Below, in pieces: positions 26,190 through 40,379 of a stretch of DNA of 64,000 nucleotides. Numbering within the stretch: the first letter of the stretch is position 1; every line of letters starts with the position of its first letter. The stretch is from Botryllus schlosseri (taxonomy: Eukaryota): positions 14,324,001-14,388,000 of the forward strand of contig CM119371.1 in the NCBI GenBank assembly GCA_051294905.1, read 5' to 3'. The notes under the pieces were generated by a model. That model was not told the origin of the DNA, made no database searches, and saw nothing but the letters and a program-made list of their open reading frames with translations. The translations under genes and the position numbers were made by a program.

Positions 26190-27539
26190 ACCTAGAGGCA
26201 TCGCATCACTATGCTCTTCACTATGTGTAGAGCATCTTTGTTTCTTGATGTGAAAGCAAGTCGGGAAGCCACTATATTGGTTTTGAGAGTGTGGAGAGAA
26301 CGAAGTATATTCAGACTCATCTTTCATCGCCATTTCAATTCCAGTTACCAAAAATATTCAACTTCACAATGCGTCGCCACACGTGATTTGCATATATAAT
26401 TTGTAGGGTACATGTTGAATTTGATGATATTCGTAGTACTTGAGAATTTGTTAAGATGTTGTATGTAATGTACAGTCCAGTGTTTGTTGATGAATCATTT
26501 GTGATATGCGTTTTTTCTCGGTATATGCTCGAATTGATACGGTTCTTCGTTTTTATAATCGAGGATTCCTTGAGCGACTGTTGCTGGTTTGTACGATTTC
26601 ATGACTCGCTGTTGAACAGGTATCGCTACATTACTCTGCTGTTTGTGAAATAAACTGATAATTTCAAGTTTGGAAACGGATCTCAGCCGCTGAGCAGGGT
26701 TACTCAACTCGCTGTCCGAATGTCTCAGAATTTACTTGGTTTGTCCAAAAAAGTCTCTTTTCGCTGATTTCATTAACGGGACAATAAATACATTCCACTT
26801 GTTGCTTTGCTAATACCGCTGTACCGGATTCTGTATAGTTATACCGTGTAAGCACAAAGGACGTAGTTTATTTTTGTCCTTGATGTTTTATAACATTTGT
26901 TATAACAAATAACATAATAACATTAGTATGACTGTAAAATATTTCAAGATGGTATCGGACTTTTGTGTTTTACCCTTTGCTAAAAATAGTTGAAAATCTC
27001 CGCCGTAGACAGGCCGGAACATATTCAGAACTTTATCAGTGCACACAATAAACATTTGTTAAAAGTTAGTTTTACGTACAAACGATGAACATTTTGATAA
27101 TATACATGTACCGTTACATTATAGAAATACGTGGCACGGTGATATAAAAGACATCTGCAGCGTGCATCGTTGGTCAACCAAAAAATTAGCAAGTAATACA
27201 CAAAGCAAACCTATACAAAAACGAAATGTAACCGCAGAAATCAGCAAGTAATACACAAAGCAAAATTACAAAAACGAAATGTAACTGCAGCTATGTTTCT
27301 TCTATATTTTCCCTTACCGACAAGTACAACCTGTCTGCTCCAACATCGATAGCATACGAAACAAAGGTAGATAGCGATATTTCTTTATCGGTAGCTTGCG
27401 GAGTGTCAGTGGCAAATTGAGATCTAGCTGCTAAGTGATTACTGATAGGGTAATACTCTTCACTCGGCGTTGCATCCATCCCAATATGTTGACTGGGAAT
27501 GGTGTTTTCGGAATGCATGGTCACGCGAGTCGCGTTGCC

Positions 27540-30500
27540 TTACGATGAATTTGTATCGGTAGTGCCTGAGCTACTTTTCCGCCGATAATATATCACGGTG
27601 GCTGCACAAAGCCGTCTCATTGTGGAAATAGCGGACTCCGCCGTCGAGCCGGCTATTCTTATTGCCCGCAGAGATTTAACGGCCTTTCGAAACTCTATCG
27701 CTCTTACGCTGTATATCAGACAATTCCACAAGCTGTTACTTAGCGTAATGATGCCGAAGCAATATCCGAGGGAATAAATTATTTTAATGGACAGTAAATC
27801 TAACTGTTCCGGCAAAGACAATTCAATGTTGTCGAATGCAGTGGCGGCAAATAAGGTGGCAAAAGCTGGCACGTAGCACGCCACGAAAACACCCACCATT
27901 AATCCCAAGACCTTACTTACCCGTCTTTCCATATCATCGACATTTTGACCCTTTTTCGTTGAAATTGTTGTGAGTTTCTTTCGAACGTTAGCATGTTTTT
28001 TGGTTGCGCGGAAAATCATGATGTTTGTCACGCATGTTAGGATCAAAGGAAGGCCAAATGCCACCGACAACAAAATGCTAGCGGTATCACCAACAGGTGT
28101 TACCGTGAGCCCGGCATTAAGTATATACTTCAAATTCTTTATCATGAATGGTATCATAGAAATAAAGATACCCAATATCCATATGACACAGCAAGCAATC
28201 TTTGAGTGCGTCTTGGCGTTAAATTTGTTGTAAGTAAGCGGTCTGGAAATCGCCCACAATCTGTCGCAACTCGCTATCAATAGCGTGTACACCGATGTTG
28301 TGAGAGTGAGTATTGTGAAAAAGCCCAAAACATTGATATATGCAGTAGGAACGACCGATCTTGTACCCCCGCCTGCATGTCTGTAAGTTATATTCGATGA
28401 CGCCGTCACTATTTCCCCCATTTTGCGCGGCACGCGAAATTCTAAATAGCCAAATACGATCGTGCTCGGTATGACCGTCAATCCACTCATTAAGTCGCTA
28501 GAAGCCAAGTTGATTTTGTATATTGCTTGACTATTTCGCAGCTTTGCAGTGGTCGTGTAAACTACGAGCACGATTATGTTCGCCGCTATCACAGCAATGG
28601 ATAGGACCGCCGTAACGAGTGAACATATTGCCAAACTAGACATGATCCTGAAATAAAGAGATATTTCCATTGAAATCTTGTACAATGTAAGCCCAGAACC
28701 ATAAAGCCCACTGCACACTGAGCTCGCGACCCGATCAAACGAGAGAATCTCGTCTGTCTGCGACGGGGCCATGCAGACCGGAGTTGTATGGGTGGGAGTA
28801 TGTCTACAGGGGGAATTATTATGTGCCTTGTCTGATTCATTTTAACCTATACAGTGTACCCCTGTACATTGGTTGGAAACTGGATTAAGCAGTTACTTTT
28901 AATCGAGGTATGTCATGGGTTCATGATGTATATTTCAGACACCGGTACATCTCGGTGTAGGACGTCTGAAAATTTCATTGTCGACCAGGTTAGATAGCAG
29001 CAGTATAATTCTTGATGTTAGATTTCGTCTATTCTCCTCTTTATCAGACTTCGGTACGAAATGTAGTGGCGATTATTATAAAAGTCAGAAATGGACCATG
29101 CATCATTATGGAGAATGAGGTTCCCGAGAGCCAAAATAATAGAAAACCAACCAGGCCCACGGATCAATTTCAATGCTTGATACCTGAGGGCGAATCGAAG
29201 ATTAAAAAGGAAAGAATCCCAGGGTTATATTTGAAATTGTCAAGATTTAATTCATTTACAATAAAATTGCAATGCATTTGAATGGTGTTCTCTATCATAT
29301 GGAGAAATTGATGTATAAGTGCTTGACAGCAGATGCAGTCACTGAGGCGATGGAATACAGAAAGGCTTGGTGTGTGAAGCATAGTAGGCTACAGTTAGAA
29401 ATCCCGAAATTTGGATCAGCAACTGGAAATAGCGCCCATAACTGGGTCACGCAGATTCGGCGTTTTGAGCAATGAAATATGATATTGGTTCGGTAATGGA
29501 AAAGTGTGTGCATATAAGACGTCACCTTATTCATTGACAAAACCATGTACCCATCGAAATATTCATTTTGCGATCTATCAGGAGCTGTGCAATGTGTATC
29601 CATTTCGAGCCTTCGGACAGAACGCGCAAGAGCTGTAGTTGCCGCTTGTGGGCACCGGGACCAGTGTGCATTGTGTCGCGACTTCCGACTCGCAACTCGC
29701 GATGTTGCGTCGCGAGGTCAGTGTGCAGCGGGCTTTATAATCGCGTTTGCGACAGAGAGGATATCAAGTATGTGATCAACCAAACTCGTAGTTCTCGCCA
29801 AATTGCGTTTAATATGTGTGATACGAGTCACAACACGAACCTATACTGTACCAGACCACGATCAGACATATCGACTCCACTTTTTCAAGTCATGTCCTTC
29901 TTAGTTTATCGTCTGTCACTCTTGATTTAATGTATGATGCATGCCTCTTATTTGCATGTTGTAGGCCAAACTGAGCAAGGAAGTCACCTTTTGAGGCGAA
30001 GCCTAGGATTTCAAACTGTTCTCTGAATTGAAATAGCAGAAGTTATCCAGATTCGCAGTAGCTATCCAAAATGTTTTCGTTCTGTGTGAAACTCATATTT
30101 TGTTCTATCAATAATTATACATTGTACTGTAACTGAAGAGGATGTCCAATCGCGTACGCGCTGAAAGTGGCGTCTTCAACTCTCCTGAATGTACCGCCAT
30201 ATAATATTAATGATACGGGGTAGACTCTTACCTTATCGAATAAGTATTCCACGGTGATATGTCCCTTTCCATAGCTGTGTCCATGTCGTAACCAACCCAC
30301 GTGATATCGCCGAACAAAGTGAACGGCGTGCACATTTCGTGAAATCTACCAACGCCTGCAGACGGTCGATCGAATAATGCGATTTGAACACATGGTTCGT
30401 TCAAGGTTTCAATGCTCATGTCGCGCGGCATCAATGATGTAGCTAAGTTTCTCCACAGTTCTTCATCACGTGTCGTCTGTTTGTCATTCAAATACGGAGT

Positions 30501-30935
30501 ATGTTTTGGTACATAATTGTAGAGAGTTTCAACGCAATTGTTGAATAGCTGGTTCCGGTCACAGAAGCTCTGGTACACCAATTTGGTGAAGGGTGTGAAA
30601 TCATAGACAGGATCTTCACACTCAGAATTATATTGATCGCATTTCCAATTCCCTAAGGTTGTAAGATAAGTCGTGAGGTAATGCCCACCGGAGTACCACA
30701 CACGAGCAAAATTTCTGTAGTACATGTCGCAGCATATATTCCTGTTAGCAGATAAGTATGCCGAAAAACTGTCACACTCCAACAGTTTAGGGTTTTTGAA
30801 TTCCTGTGGTACAACGTTGATAATATTTGACGTTTTGTTATTAGTCGACGCGTCACATTGCATCACGAGCATCAGTAACAACCACACCAACACCATGATA
30901 TTGTTGCAATGTGACATGAAATATATTCGACCCAT
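27540..30935 (-). CDS. GPCR paralog copy 2; exon 1 30935-30232, exon 2 probably 28803-27540 via a transposon-derived acceptor (~655 aa, tail truncated), or a recent pseudogene
   Basis: Clearly homologous to copy 1 in both exons; ectodomain and 7TM frames are open. The ancestral acceptor is mutated (TTTAG to TTTGG near 29798). A 1-kb insertion lies at 28705-29734 and an in-frame TAA at 27540-27542; the homologous tail frame continues to 27291. Confidence 0.7.
28705..29734. mobile_element. Non-autonomous PIF/Harbinger-like DNA transposon inside GPCR copy 2
   Basis: TIR AGCCCACTGCACACTGAGCTCGCGAC / GTCGCGAGGTCAGTGTGCAGCGGGCT, flanked by TAA and TTA (TWA-type target). Absent from the homologous site in copy 1 (AGAACCA-TTA-ACC near 4818). 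Confidence 0.8.
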
Positions 30936-32302
30936 TCTGAGCAACGGTTCCGGTCACTTGATTGCAAATTTGAAATGTGGAACGATTCGAATGTTGTCCT
31001 GAAAAAAGAAGGAAAAGTCGTCAATTATATTCATTAATTAAAATAGTCACTCTAGCTTATCCGGAGAAAGATTTCACTTATTACATACTACATGATATCA
31101 TGTTTGAAGACCTTCTTGGAGGTATACAGAAATTCAAAATTCAATTGAATAGTATATTTATATTGAAGTTATTATTCGTTAATATCATATATATTACATA
31201 ATAAATAAACTTGAAAACTCAGACTCAATAAGTTGGATCGCTAATAATCTTCCAATCTGGTCAATAAAGCATCGAAATGTACCCGTAACTGATGTAGCGT
31301 ATATAACCTAACTTTTATATACAGAACTGTTTTGAATTTGCGACCGAATGAATAAATGGCTACTGTTAATAAATAAATTGAATTCTATGGGTAAATTCCA
31401 TTTAATGAGTCATCGCCTTCATTGTCACATTGTCCTCGTCAACGCAAGTTCGTATCGGACTTTTGTCGGTCTAGGTTTGCTCGTCATCTTATCGCATGTC
31501 GTCGCATAATGGTGTATTTCAGAAGGTCTCCTGCTTTATGAGAGGGGACTATTTGCAAATGTATACACGAAAACGTGATATTGCATCAATGTGAGAACCT
31601 ATTGATGGAAGCAGCAAAGGATTCTGTTGATAGTTAGCTTCGTGATGTCCGTTGTGATGTAATTACCCAACTTGGCCGTACGCTATCCATTTCAAGAATG
31701 ATTTTTACGAAAAGTATTAATAATATGCGCTGGTGCAACATATGTAAGCGTCACGATTGTGGCTAGATAAATTGCTAGCTAACCAATCGGATCGTAACTA
31801 GGGCTGGGCGAAATCGAGTAACTGAGTGATTCGATTCTGAATCACGTATTACGCTTCGAGTCGAGTCGAGCGTCATATAAGTAAGCTTGCAATATTCATA
31901 AGGGTATTAAGCGATTCGGCATCAGACTCTATCTTGTTATACCATCATTACACGAATATGTATTGCGCAGTGGTTCTCAACATTTTTGACCTTGCGGCAC
32001 CCTCTGAACGTGAAAATATTTCACTGCACCCTATCACGCCGAGTACCCGCATTGGCGAGATAACATAATAAGACGTTGCCCCGTTGCAATACCAACGCGT
32101 TGCGGGTCTGCGTCCGACCGAGGTCGACTCAAGAATCTCCTCCAAAGTGTCCGAGGTTCTGATGGCAGTGACTAGAAAACGGGTTGACACCTTCATGCAG
32201 ACCTCAACATCACCACCCAATTACCCACCCGGCTAGTAACCTTTTGTTTAGATATCTTCGTCAATGCTACTATATGTGGGTGAGTGGAGCGATAGTGTAG
32301 TA

Positions 32303-33406
32303 CAATGTTTCTTAATTTTGGCTCCAGCGCTCCCCAAATTGCGATTTGAATTGTTAAGGCGCGGAAACGCTCAGGGGGTGATAGGGGCGCTGGGCTCAGG
32401 GGGTGGTATGGGGGCGTTGAAGAAAAATGGCGTCGACGCAGATAATGTATATAGTAGGGACATGTATGATTATTGATTATATAGTAGAACAATAGTCCTT
32501 TATATCCCTGAGGTCTCATCGGAAATAAACATTCGACAAAATCTGACAAACCTATAAAATTTTGTCGCGCCGCGCAAAATACACTCCTACAATGTTGCAA
32601 CATGTTTCGCCGAAAGCAGTGGTTTATTATAATTCTCGAAAAATGAATTGTGAGTACTTTTGGATCGATTATTCCCGGTTACAAAATGTTTCGAACTAAG
32701 TATTGCATCCTGCCGCGCACAACGTGTCGAAATCAAAGAGACTGTGGCACTTTTGAGAGTGGGAGCCCTTTGTACATTAAATAAGGTTTGAAGACTTTCG
32801 GCGAAAATGATTAACTAAATACACTTGAGAGCTACTAAAGTGAACCATGAGAATATTTATTCATTGTATTATACAGAAAGATACTGTTTAGTTTTGTGAC
32901 CCAGGACCTCACATAAACGATATATAATATGGGTTGCTTTGTTTGGAATACATTCATGGTAGAGTTAAAAACTGCGTACAGTGGGTACTAAATTCAATGT
33001 GAGCTATGATCTCTACCACATTCTCAGTTGCTTTACTAGTTACACAGAAAAATAAAACAAAACCCAATACAAATTATCCCACCATATTGTCAATCGCAGT
33101 GGTGAATTCGGGATGTGTCCATAGGGCTCGAATCAGATGGTATGAGCTCGTATCCGATGGTTGCTATAACAACCTTTATTTGATGCCAAATATAGCACAT
33201 ACAAATATTGTAGCTTTAATTAGTTGAGTGGTCCACGCGTGCGACTCAAGCGCTAGTAAAGTACCAATTCAAAAAGACCGACCGGATTAAACCTCTTACC
33301 CATTGCTTTTACTGCAATCCTTAAAATATGGGGGGGGGGGGCAGGGCGCCACACCTCGGCAATTATCGAAAAGGGGCGCTGCGGGAAAAGAGGCCAAGGA
33401 CCCCTG
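32303..33406. mobile_element. Old hAT non-autonomous element, nested in a CAGTGGTTCTCAAC element (~31968-33969)
   Basis: Perfect TSD GTGTAGTA; ends homologous to 47074-48908; interior homologous to 1-71 and 2656-3006. Confidence 0.75.
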
Positions 33407-34176
33407 GTGTAGTATTTGACAATGAAGTCCCCGATTTGATGCTTGATAGCAGCTTGTTCCGAAACGTCGGAGATTTATCTGAGATCATGCTCGCGTATAC
33501 TCGAGTTTACATCGGACTTACAACAGAGGCCCGGAGATGGAGCCGATCAAGGACGAATTAAAAAAGAAAATGAAAAGGGCGAGGAAGATTAAAACAAAAA
33601 AAAGATCGAGACCGAACACCGTTACATCGGGCATTGGCTGAGATGATGCCAGATTGGGAGACCGGTCTTTGTCGTTTCGGCGTGCGCCGTATATCTTCAT
33701 CACATCCAATGTTTCCTTTAATTTTTCACGAGTCTGCGCGCACTCACCATCTGACTGCGCGGTCCCTTGGACAACAGTGCGTAACGAATAAAAAAATGTG
33801 TGTCTTGAGCGTGTCAAATAATAGAACCACCGACTGTCCAAAATACTCAGAATTTAGATTCCCTTATTTTTGCAACATGTCGGCCTTGTTTACTACGTTC
33901 TCTTGTGGCACGCCTGAGCAGTCCAATTGGCACACTAGTGTGGCGCGGCACGCCGGTTGAGAACCAGAGTATTAGCTTGTAATGACATGGGTGCTGGCTT
34001 GCTATGACGATATTAAGGATCACATTTCGGGCATGCAATGCACCAATCCGTACCGTACATAATTATAGCTTCACTTTACAATATTGTGAATCCCAACGTA
34101 TTGGTCCAGCACTGCGACCAAGACATTAAATGAGAAGGAGAGCCACCCAGGCCACAGAGATGGTCCCTGGTTAGTG

Positions 34177-35029
34177 CAGGGGCCGGCAACCTTTCGTGTG
34201 CAGCGTGCCAAAATATCAAAAATTGTAAAATATTACCAACTGGCGTGCCAACCATTTTTAATTTTGTCATATTTAGCGTTTCAAGCAAGGAATCACAACA
34301 ACCACTTATCTGTAGCTAGCAACGGCATCGGTTACGTCAGTGGTTCTTGCAGTATTGGTCGCGAAGGGTATAAATTTTGATCGCTACCACACTAGACCTA
34401 CCACCTAATGTACGCAATGTGTGCACTATTTAAATTTAGTCGCGATCTTCTGTGGTTGCCTTGATCGTTTTCAAGTTTACTGTGTTCGGTTCCATAGCCA
34501 ATAAGTGACAGGCCCATACAAGATTTTATGATGAGATGACCTGATGATAAAAATGTGCCAACCCCTGCAAATCCTTTTGGCAACGTACGCAGCGCATGGA
34601 GTCGCATGTTGCCGAACGTGTGTCTCATATCGTGAAAATGCCCTTGGCCAAAATGCTTGTTCCTATAAAATATTCGCGATCCCACAGGCAGTACAGTGCA
34701 CATGCACACTCCTAGACTAAAGCCCCCGAACAGTTTCATACTATATTAGGTTGCCGTATATATATTTTTGTGGGTTTCCCAAAATCAAGAAATTAAGTCA
34801 CGGTAAATCGCGCGGAGCTCGAAAAATATGTCTAAAACCTGCCTAAAAAGACTCTGTATTATGTTGATTTATCAAAAAGTTTTAGCTTTTTCCATTCTGC
34901 CAACTTATGTGACATGTTTTGCAACAAACGTGGTCATAATATGTCGTTTTCGTCAAATCATACGGCGTGCCATGAAAAATAATCTCGCATGTCACAAATG
35001 GCAAGCGAGCCGGAGTTTGACGACCCCTG
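34177..35029. mobile_element. hAT MITE
   Basis: CAGGGG...CCCCTG ends; perfect TSD GGTTAGTG. Confidence 0.8.
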
Positions 35030-35289
35030 GGTTAGTGGTTATATAACACTTGGGCTACTCAAAGTACGATTTGTTGCTAGTCAATTATAGTTATATGCAG
35101 ACAACAACAAACAAAACAACAAAAATAGTATTTAATCTACTGGTTATTGCTACTCCATATTACGAGATATCATTTCTTTCTATTGAAATTTCCTTTTACG
35201 GGTAATTCAATTTTTAAAATAAATGGGGAGCCAACAGAAGGAACTTTAAAAAAACGAACAGTGCCATGCATCAACTGCGTCGAATACAT

Positions 35290-37024
35290 CAGTGCTCTTC
35301 AACCGGGGTTTTCGTACACCATAGGGTGTACCAGAATTTTCAAAGGGTGTACCACTCGGATGGGGTGTACAGGGGTGTACCAGACCCGAATTACAATGAG
35401 CCGATGGCTAGCTATCACAAAGGCAGGTTTATGAGTCAGTACAGGTTGACGCACAGGTTAATGCGCAATTTGGCAGTGCTTCAGCCAGGTGTTTCGTACA
35501 CCCCAGGGTGTACCATAATTTTTAAAGGGTTTACCACTCGGATTGGGTGTACGTACAAGTACAGGGGTTTACCAGATCCCCATTATGACGAACCGATGAT
35601 GCGGTGACTATAGCTATCAAAATAAATACGCCAGTTTATGCTTCAAAACAGATTGACTGGATGTGTAATATATCGTACAATGTGATATCATAAGCAAATT
35701 TTTCTCATCATTTAACCTTTGGTAATGGACTTACTACTTCCTTTTCGAGTAGAGCAGGGTGGTGTTAGCATGTGTTCAGCTTGCGATATCTGTCTGATGA
35801 TTCTCGAGGAAACCACCGCGCAGAATGTATGCTTGCGCAGCCAGGGGGTCGAGTTTGCGAACCGCCGCGTTAGATGGTGGTCCAGTAACGTCGAGCCCTG
35901 ATTCGTATATTTAGCATTTACTATACGTTGCAGCCTTGCTCAAATGTTCATCCTTATTTCGGCTAAGCCAGGGGTGCTCAACCTGCGGACGTAGGGCCTC
36001 ATTCAGCCGCAAAACCATAATTTTGCGAAGTTGTACCCATATTTGAATTAGCGTGTGTTGACGCCCGTCATTATGCAACCAATTGTTGCTGGTACGAGTC
36101 TCGGCTCTGCCATGTTTCTATGTGTCGCATGTTTATCTAGGGTCCTCGTCACCGACCCCTGTAAACGTAACGTCTTGAAAAGCCTAGAAGAAGAGTGAGC
36201 CGAGCTTCAAAGTCAGAAGCGGAGTCCTGAAAGTGGTCGCCCGTTAACGAGAGAGAATGAAGAATGGGAGTGCGCGTGCAAGCGATAGTCGTCCTCATCA
36301 TCCAAAGCAAAGACACTAAACTTTAAGAAATGCACTGTCGTGGTGCAAAAATAGTAAAGAGGCAATTATCGCCACTGTCATTGATGTGAAATAAAAATAT
36401 TAATTATAACAATACAAACAATCTTGGTGGGAGGCCAAGAAATAACAACATGCAACTTGGTGATTATTAACAACCGGAAGATGCATCATCATTAATATTG
36501 TACCTGATATTTTCGAAGACACCCTCCATCAGCTCTACGGGCTAATCTGATCACGTGAGCTGAAAATGAATAAATATTTGACAATAAAATGTGATACTAC
36601 CAACATTTTCGACGAAATCTATCCAGGGGCAAAACGTTCGTGCTCCACTCGACTACACACATAATTCTAGTGTCTTTTCTTGACATTTACACTCCCGATT
36701 TTGGTACATATATTATATATTGTAAACTGGCTGGGATGTTTTGCTTGTACAGTAAAATAATTTGCGCATTGCATATCTCAAGAAATAAGTGAAGGCACAA
36801 AACACCACAAGGGGTCTCCGCGGTGTTGAGTACCCAGTATCAAATTTTATATGAGTATTTGTCGTCCATGCGCCATGGCGACTCCCCGCTGGAATCCGGA
36901 CGTATTGTATATGTAATCAAAATGTGACTTTCTGTGTTATCGGTATATTATACGGCCAGGGGTGTACGAGTTTTGAGAAAATGTTAAAAGGGTGTACCAC
37001 GACGAAAAAGGTTGAACAGCACTG
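35290..37024. mobile_element. hAT non-autonomous element with a tandemly duplicated left end
   Basis: TIR CAGTGCT..TTCAACC / GGTTGAACAGCACTG; perfect TSD GAATACAT; first ~185 bp repeated from 35474. Confidence 0.8.
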
Positions 37025-39273
37025 GAATACATAACTCATTTCACGTTCTCACCAGGTATATGATGCTTCGTTCAAAACAGCTATCTAGAATGCCTAGCAA
37101 TCTTAATAAGTTGAATGGTTTTTGAATTGTTGTATTAGGACGTACGTGTTCTGGTAACCTCTACTGTTATTTACGCAGCGTCATATACGATGTATGCAAC
37201 TTTGCGGTGTTACATGTCATCACATGTTTCTCCGCTATAAATATGTGTCTACTGAGCATTTATTTATAGTCCCGTCTGGTCGGATGGTCGCCTATTAATA
37301 CCCAGCAAACACAGTACAGACCAAAGATGTAGAAAAGCCGAGCCGATATAGTAGATATTAGATCTCGGCAGGTCGTAGAAAGGGGGATTTTGTGTCGACT
37401 CAATTCAACGTCTTTTCCATGTCCTTCAATAATGTAAATATTATGCAGATGCTACAGCCTTTTAACATGGTGAGTAGAATGTAGATCCTACGTTAGAAGA
37501 AGAAGATCCTGATATAATAACCTGTTTTCTACCACTATGGGCTTAACCTGATCACGGCTGCGTACACACACCACATTATTTACTACATATTAATCACATT
37601 TGTGATAATTTAATTTCAAACGAATTGGCAATAATGCCGTTGTAAAAAATAAAACGAACAAACGAACGAATGTCTTTAGAAAGAAAGTGAAAACAGTCCT
37701 TATCATCAGGTTTCATCTTCTGATGAGCCAGTTAAATAACCAGCATGCGGCCTTTTTTTTCAACACCCTGCAGAAATAAAATGAAAATGATGAATAATAG
37801 CTAAGACATTCGTACTGCGAAAATGGCAGAGGTAGCGACTAACGAATGACTCCTACATTTTTTTCGCCCATACTTACTAAAATGGATTCGATTCTGAACT
37901 ATTTCCACTCAAGTTTTCAAGTTTTATTATTATATTTTTTAATATTATATGACTGGAGAACTGACTTCAATCGTCACTTCTACTTGATTATCAAGATCAA
38001 CGATGACTACTTCAGCACTCTTTGAAAACAGCCACTAACACAAAAAGAATTCTTGACTAAAATTTCTTCACATTCGGTCCAAAATGATCAATTCAACAAT
38101 CCAAATGAATCAGTTATTTGGCAGCTAGTTGGAGGGATATATACTCAAGTCTAGAAAGTGGAATGATACTCTGCCTGGAAAGCTGAAGACCTAACAATAT
38201 TGTGTACAGAGAACAAAACATTTGAGTGGCGGCACTGGTATAGACATTAATGAATTATTAGAATTGACAGCAAGATAACCAGCAAGACATTAAAATGAGA
38301 ATTAGTGCAGTTTCTTAGGCTGTAGTGATACTCAGCCAGTAATTGACCTAGCAGAGAGCAAAACGTTGTAAATAAAGCGAGCGAAACCTCCGACAAATGA
38401 TACGATAAAACATTAGAATCGACAGTCTTACTAGAAGCAGAATAACAATCATGAGGGGTTAGAGAACAGAAGCCCGGGAAGTGACCATCAGAAATTACTG
38501 CATACTGGCCGAACAAATCCATGACCACTAACAAATGGTCTTTCAATAGTCAATATTGATACCAAATGACACCACCCCTATTTCATAGCAACATTTAGCA
38601 AATACAGCGCTGGAGTCAACCTTATATAAGCCCTAACCAAACGCCCATTAGTTTTCCCACCTACTACTTCGCGGATGGAAATACGCATTAAAGCGAACGG
38701 ACGCGACTTGTCACACTCTTGTCATTTCTGCTCCTTTTTTCTCTTCGTTCCTCTTCTCTGTCGCTTCCGCTTGAGGAGAGAAACAGTCGGCCGCGTTTAC
38801 GGATCGTGAATTCCCGGTGGGTGATTCTTCCTCGAATGGTCAGCACCTTGAAAATTGAGAACAATGTGGTTGCAAAATGCATGACAATTTGAAAGTTACA
38901 TCATTCTAATTATTCCAGTTATGGCCGTGAATCGTTACAAGTGCGGTAACCATAAGAATTATTACTATACTTCAACTACAAATACAATACATTGTATAAA
39001 ATGATTACCAATTCTTTTACGTTGATCGAGTCCCAAATAGATGAAATATGTCAAAGAATTTGCTAAATTTTTGTATAATTTGACAGATTCCGAAATCTTC
39101 TCAAAGTGCACCTTTCAAAAATTTGATATCAAGACTCCCAACATTTTACAATTCGAAGTTGGATGGCTTTACCAATACAAGCAAACAGTTTGTATCGCAA
39201 TTGACAATTATGTAGAGAACGCTGCGAGACATATGAGTAGGCCTACCCTAAAACGTTTCTCTCACATGGACAT

Positions 39274-39939
39274 TAGGGCTCTTAAAATATGACTTTTTTT
39301 CTCAAATCGTTCTGACTACTTGATAATATTGTTAGGTTACCTAATTTAAGCCTAAACACAAAATTTGGTTCAATTCCAGCCAGTAACCGCTTTGCTACAG
39401 GAGAAGAAAGTTTCTATTTATTATTTAAAAATAAATAGGTAATAAAAATTTGAAAATTTTCTGTTCACCCCATGAAAGTGTTAGGCTGTCTATAGAAACG
39501 ATGCTCACCAAATTTGGTTCAATTCCAACCAGTGGAAGCGGAGATATTGCCGTCGAAAAATTTGGATTTGAATAAAATAGTATTTACGGTGACCGATTCT
39601 TTGTTTACTTATTAAAGTTGTGCTCACCGTAAGTACTATTTTATTAAAATCCAAATTTTTCGACAGCAATAACTCCGCTTCCACTAATTGGAATTGAACC
39701 AAATTTGGTGAGCATCGTTTCCATAGACAGCCTAACACTTTCATGGGGTTAACAGAAAATCTTCAAATTTTTTATTATTCATTTTTATATAATAAATAGG
39801 AACTTTCTTCTCTTGTAGCAAAGCGGATACTGGCTGGATTTGAAACATATTTTGTTTGTAGGCTTAAATTAGGTAACCTAACAATTTTATCAAGTAGCCA
39901 GTACGATTTGAGAAAAAAAGTCATTTTTGAAGAGCCCTA
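39274..39939. mobile_element. Whole-length palindromic (foldback) MITE, copy 1
   Basis: TAGGGCTCTT...AAGAGCCCTA; arms of ~320 bp are complementary almost to the centre; homologous to 59264-59926; TSD degenerate. Confidence 0.88.
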
Positions 39940-40379
39940 CTGTTCATGACCGTCCACGTTTAGAGTTGCATCTCAAAGATGCTAAAATAAGCATAAATAT
40001 AATCCAAGCAATACGATCGTCCACTTTGACTGACTGAATTTCTAAAAACACCTTGATAGCTTCCACATCTTACGTTTATATATACTGTCTGCTATCGGCA
40101 CAACAAAGTAGGCCTATTTAAAAATACAAAAACAGATTCAACATACCACATCTCTTGCAAAGGCTCTTGCTTTCATTCAATTTTCCATCAAACTTCTTTA
40201 AATCCTCCTTTGTGGTGAGTTGCTTTGGAATTCTTCTAGGATCAATTCCGATATTGTTTTATCATATACAATCTATGGCGGAATAAAAGTTTCGGATAAG
40301 TTCTAAAACGAACACAATTTTCCACACAAAAGTCAATTGCCACACGAAATGCCAAATGATACGGTCTCATTTTACAAGG

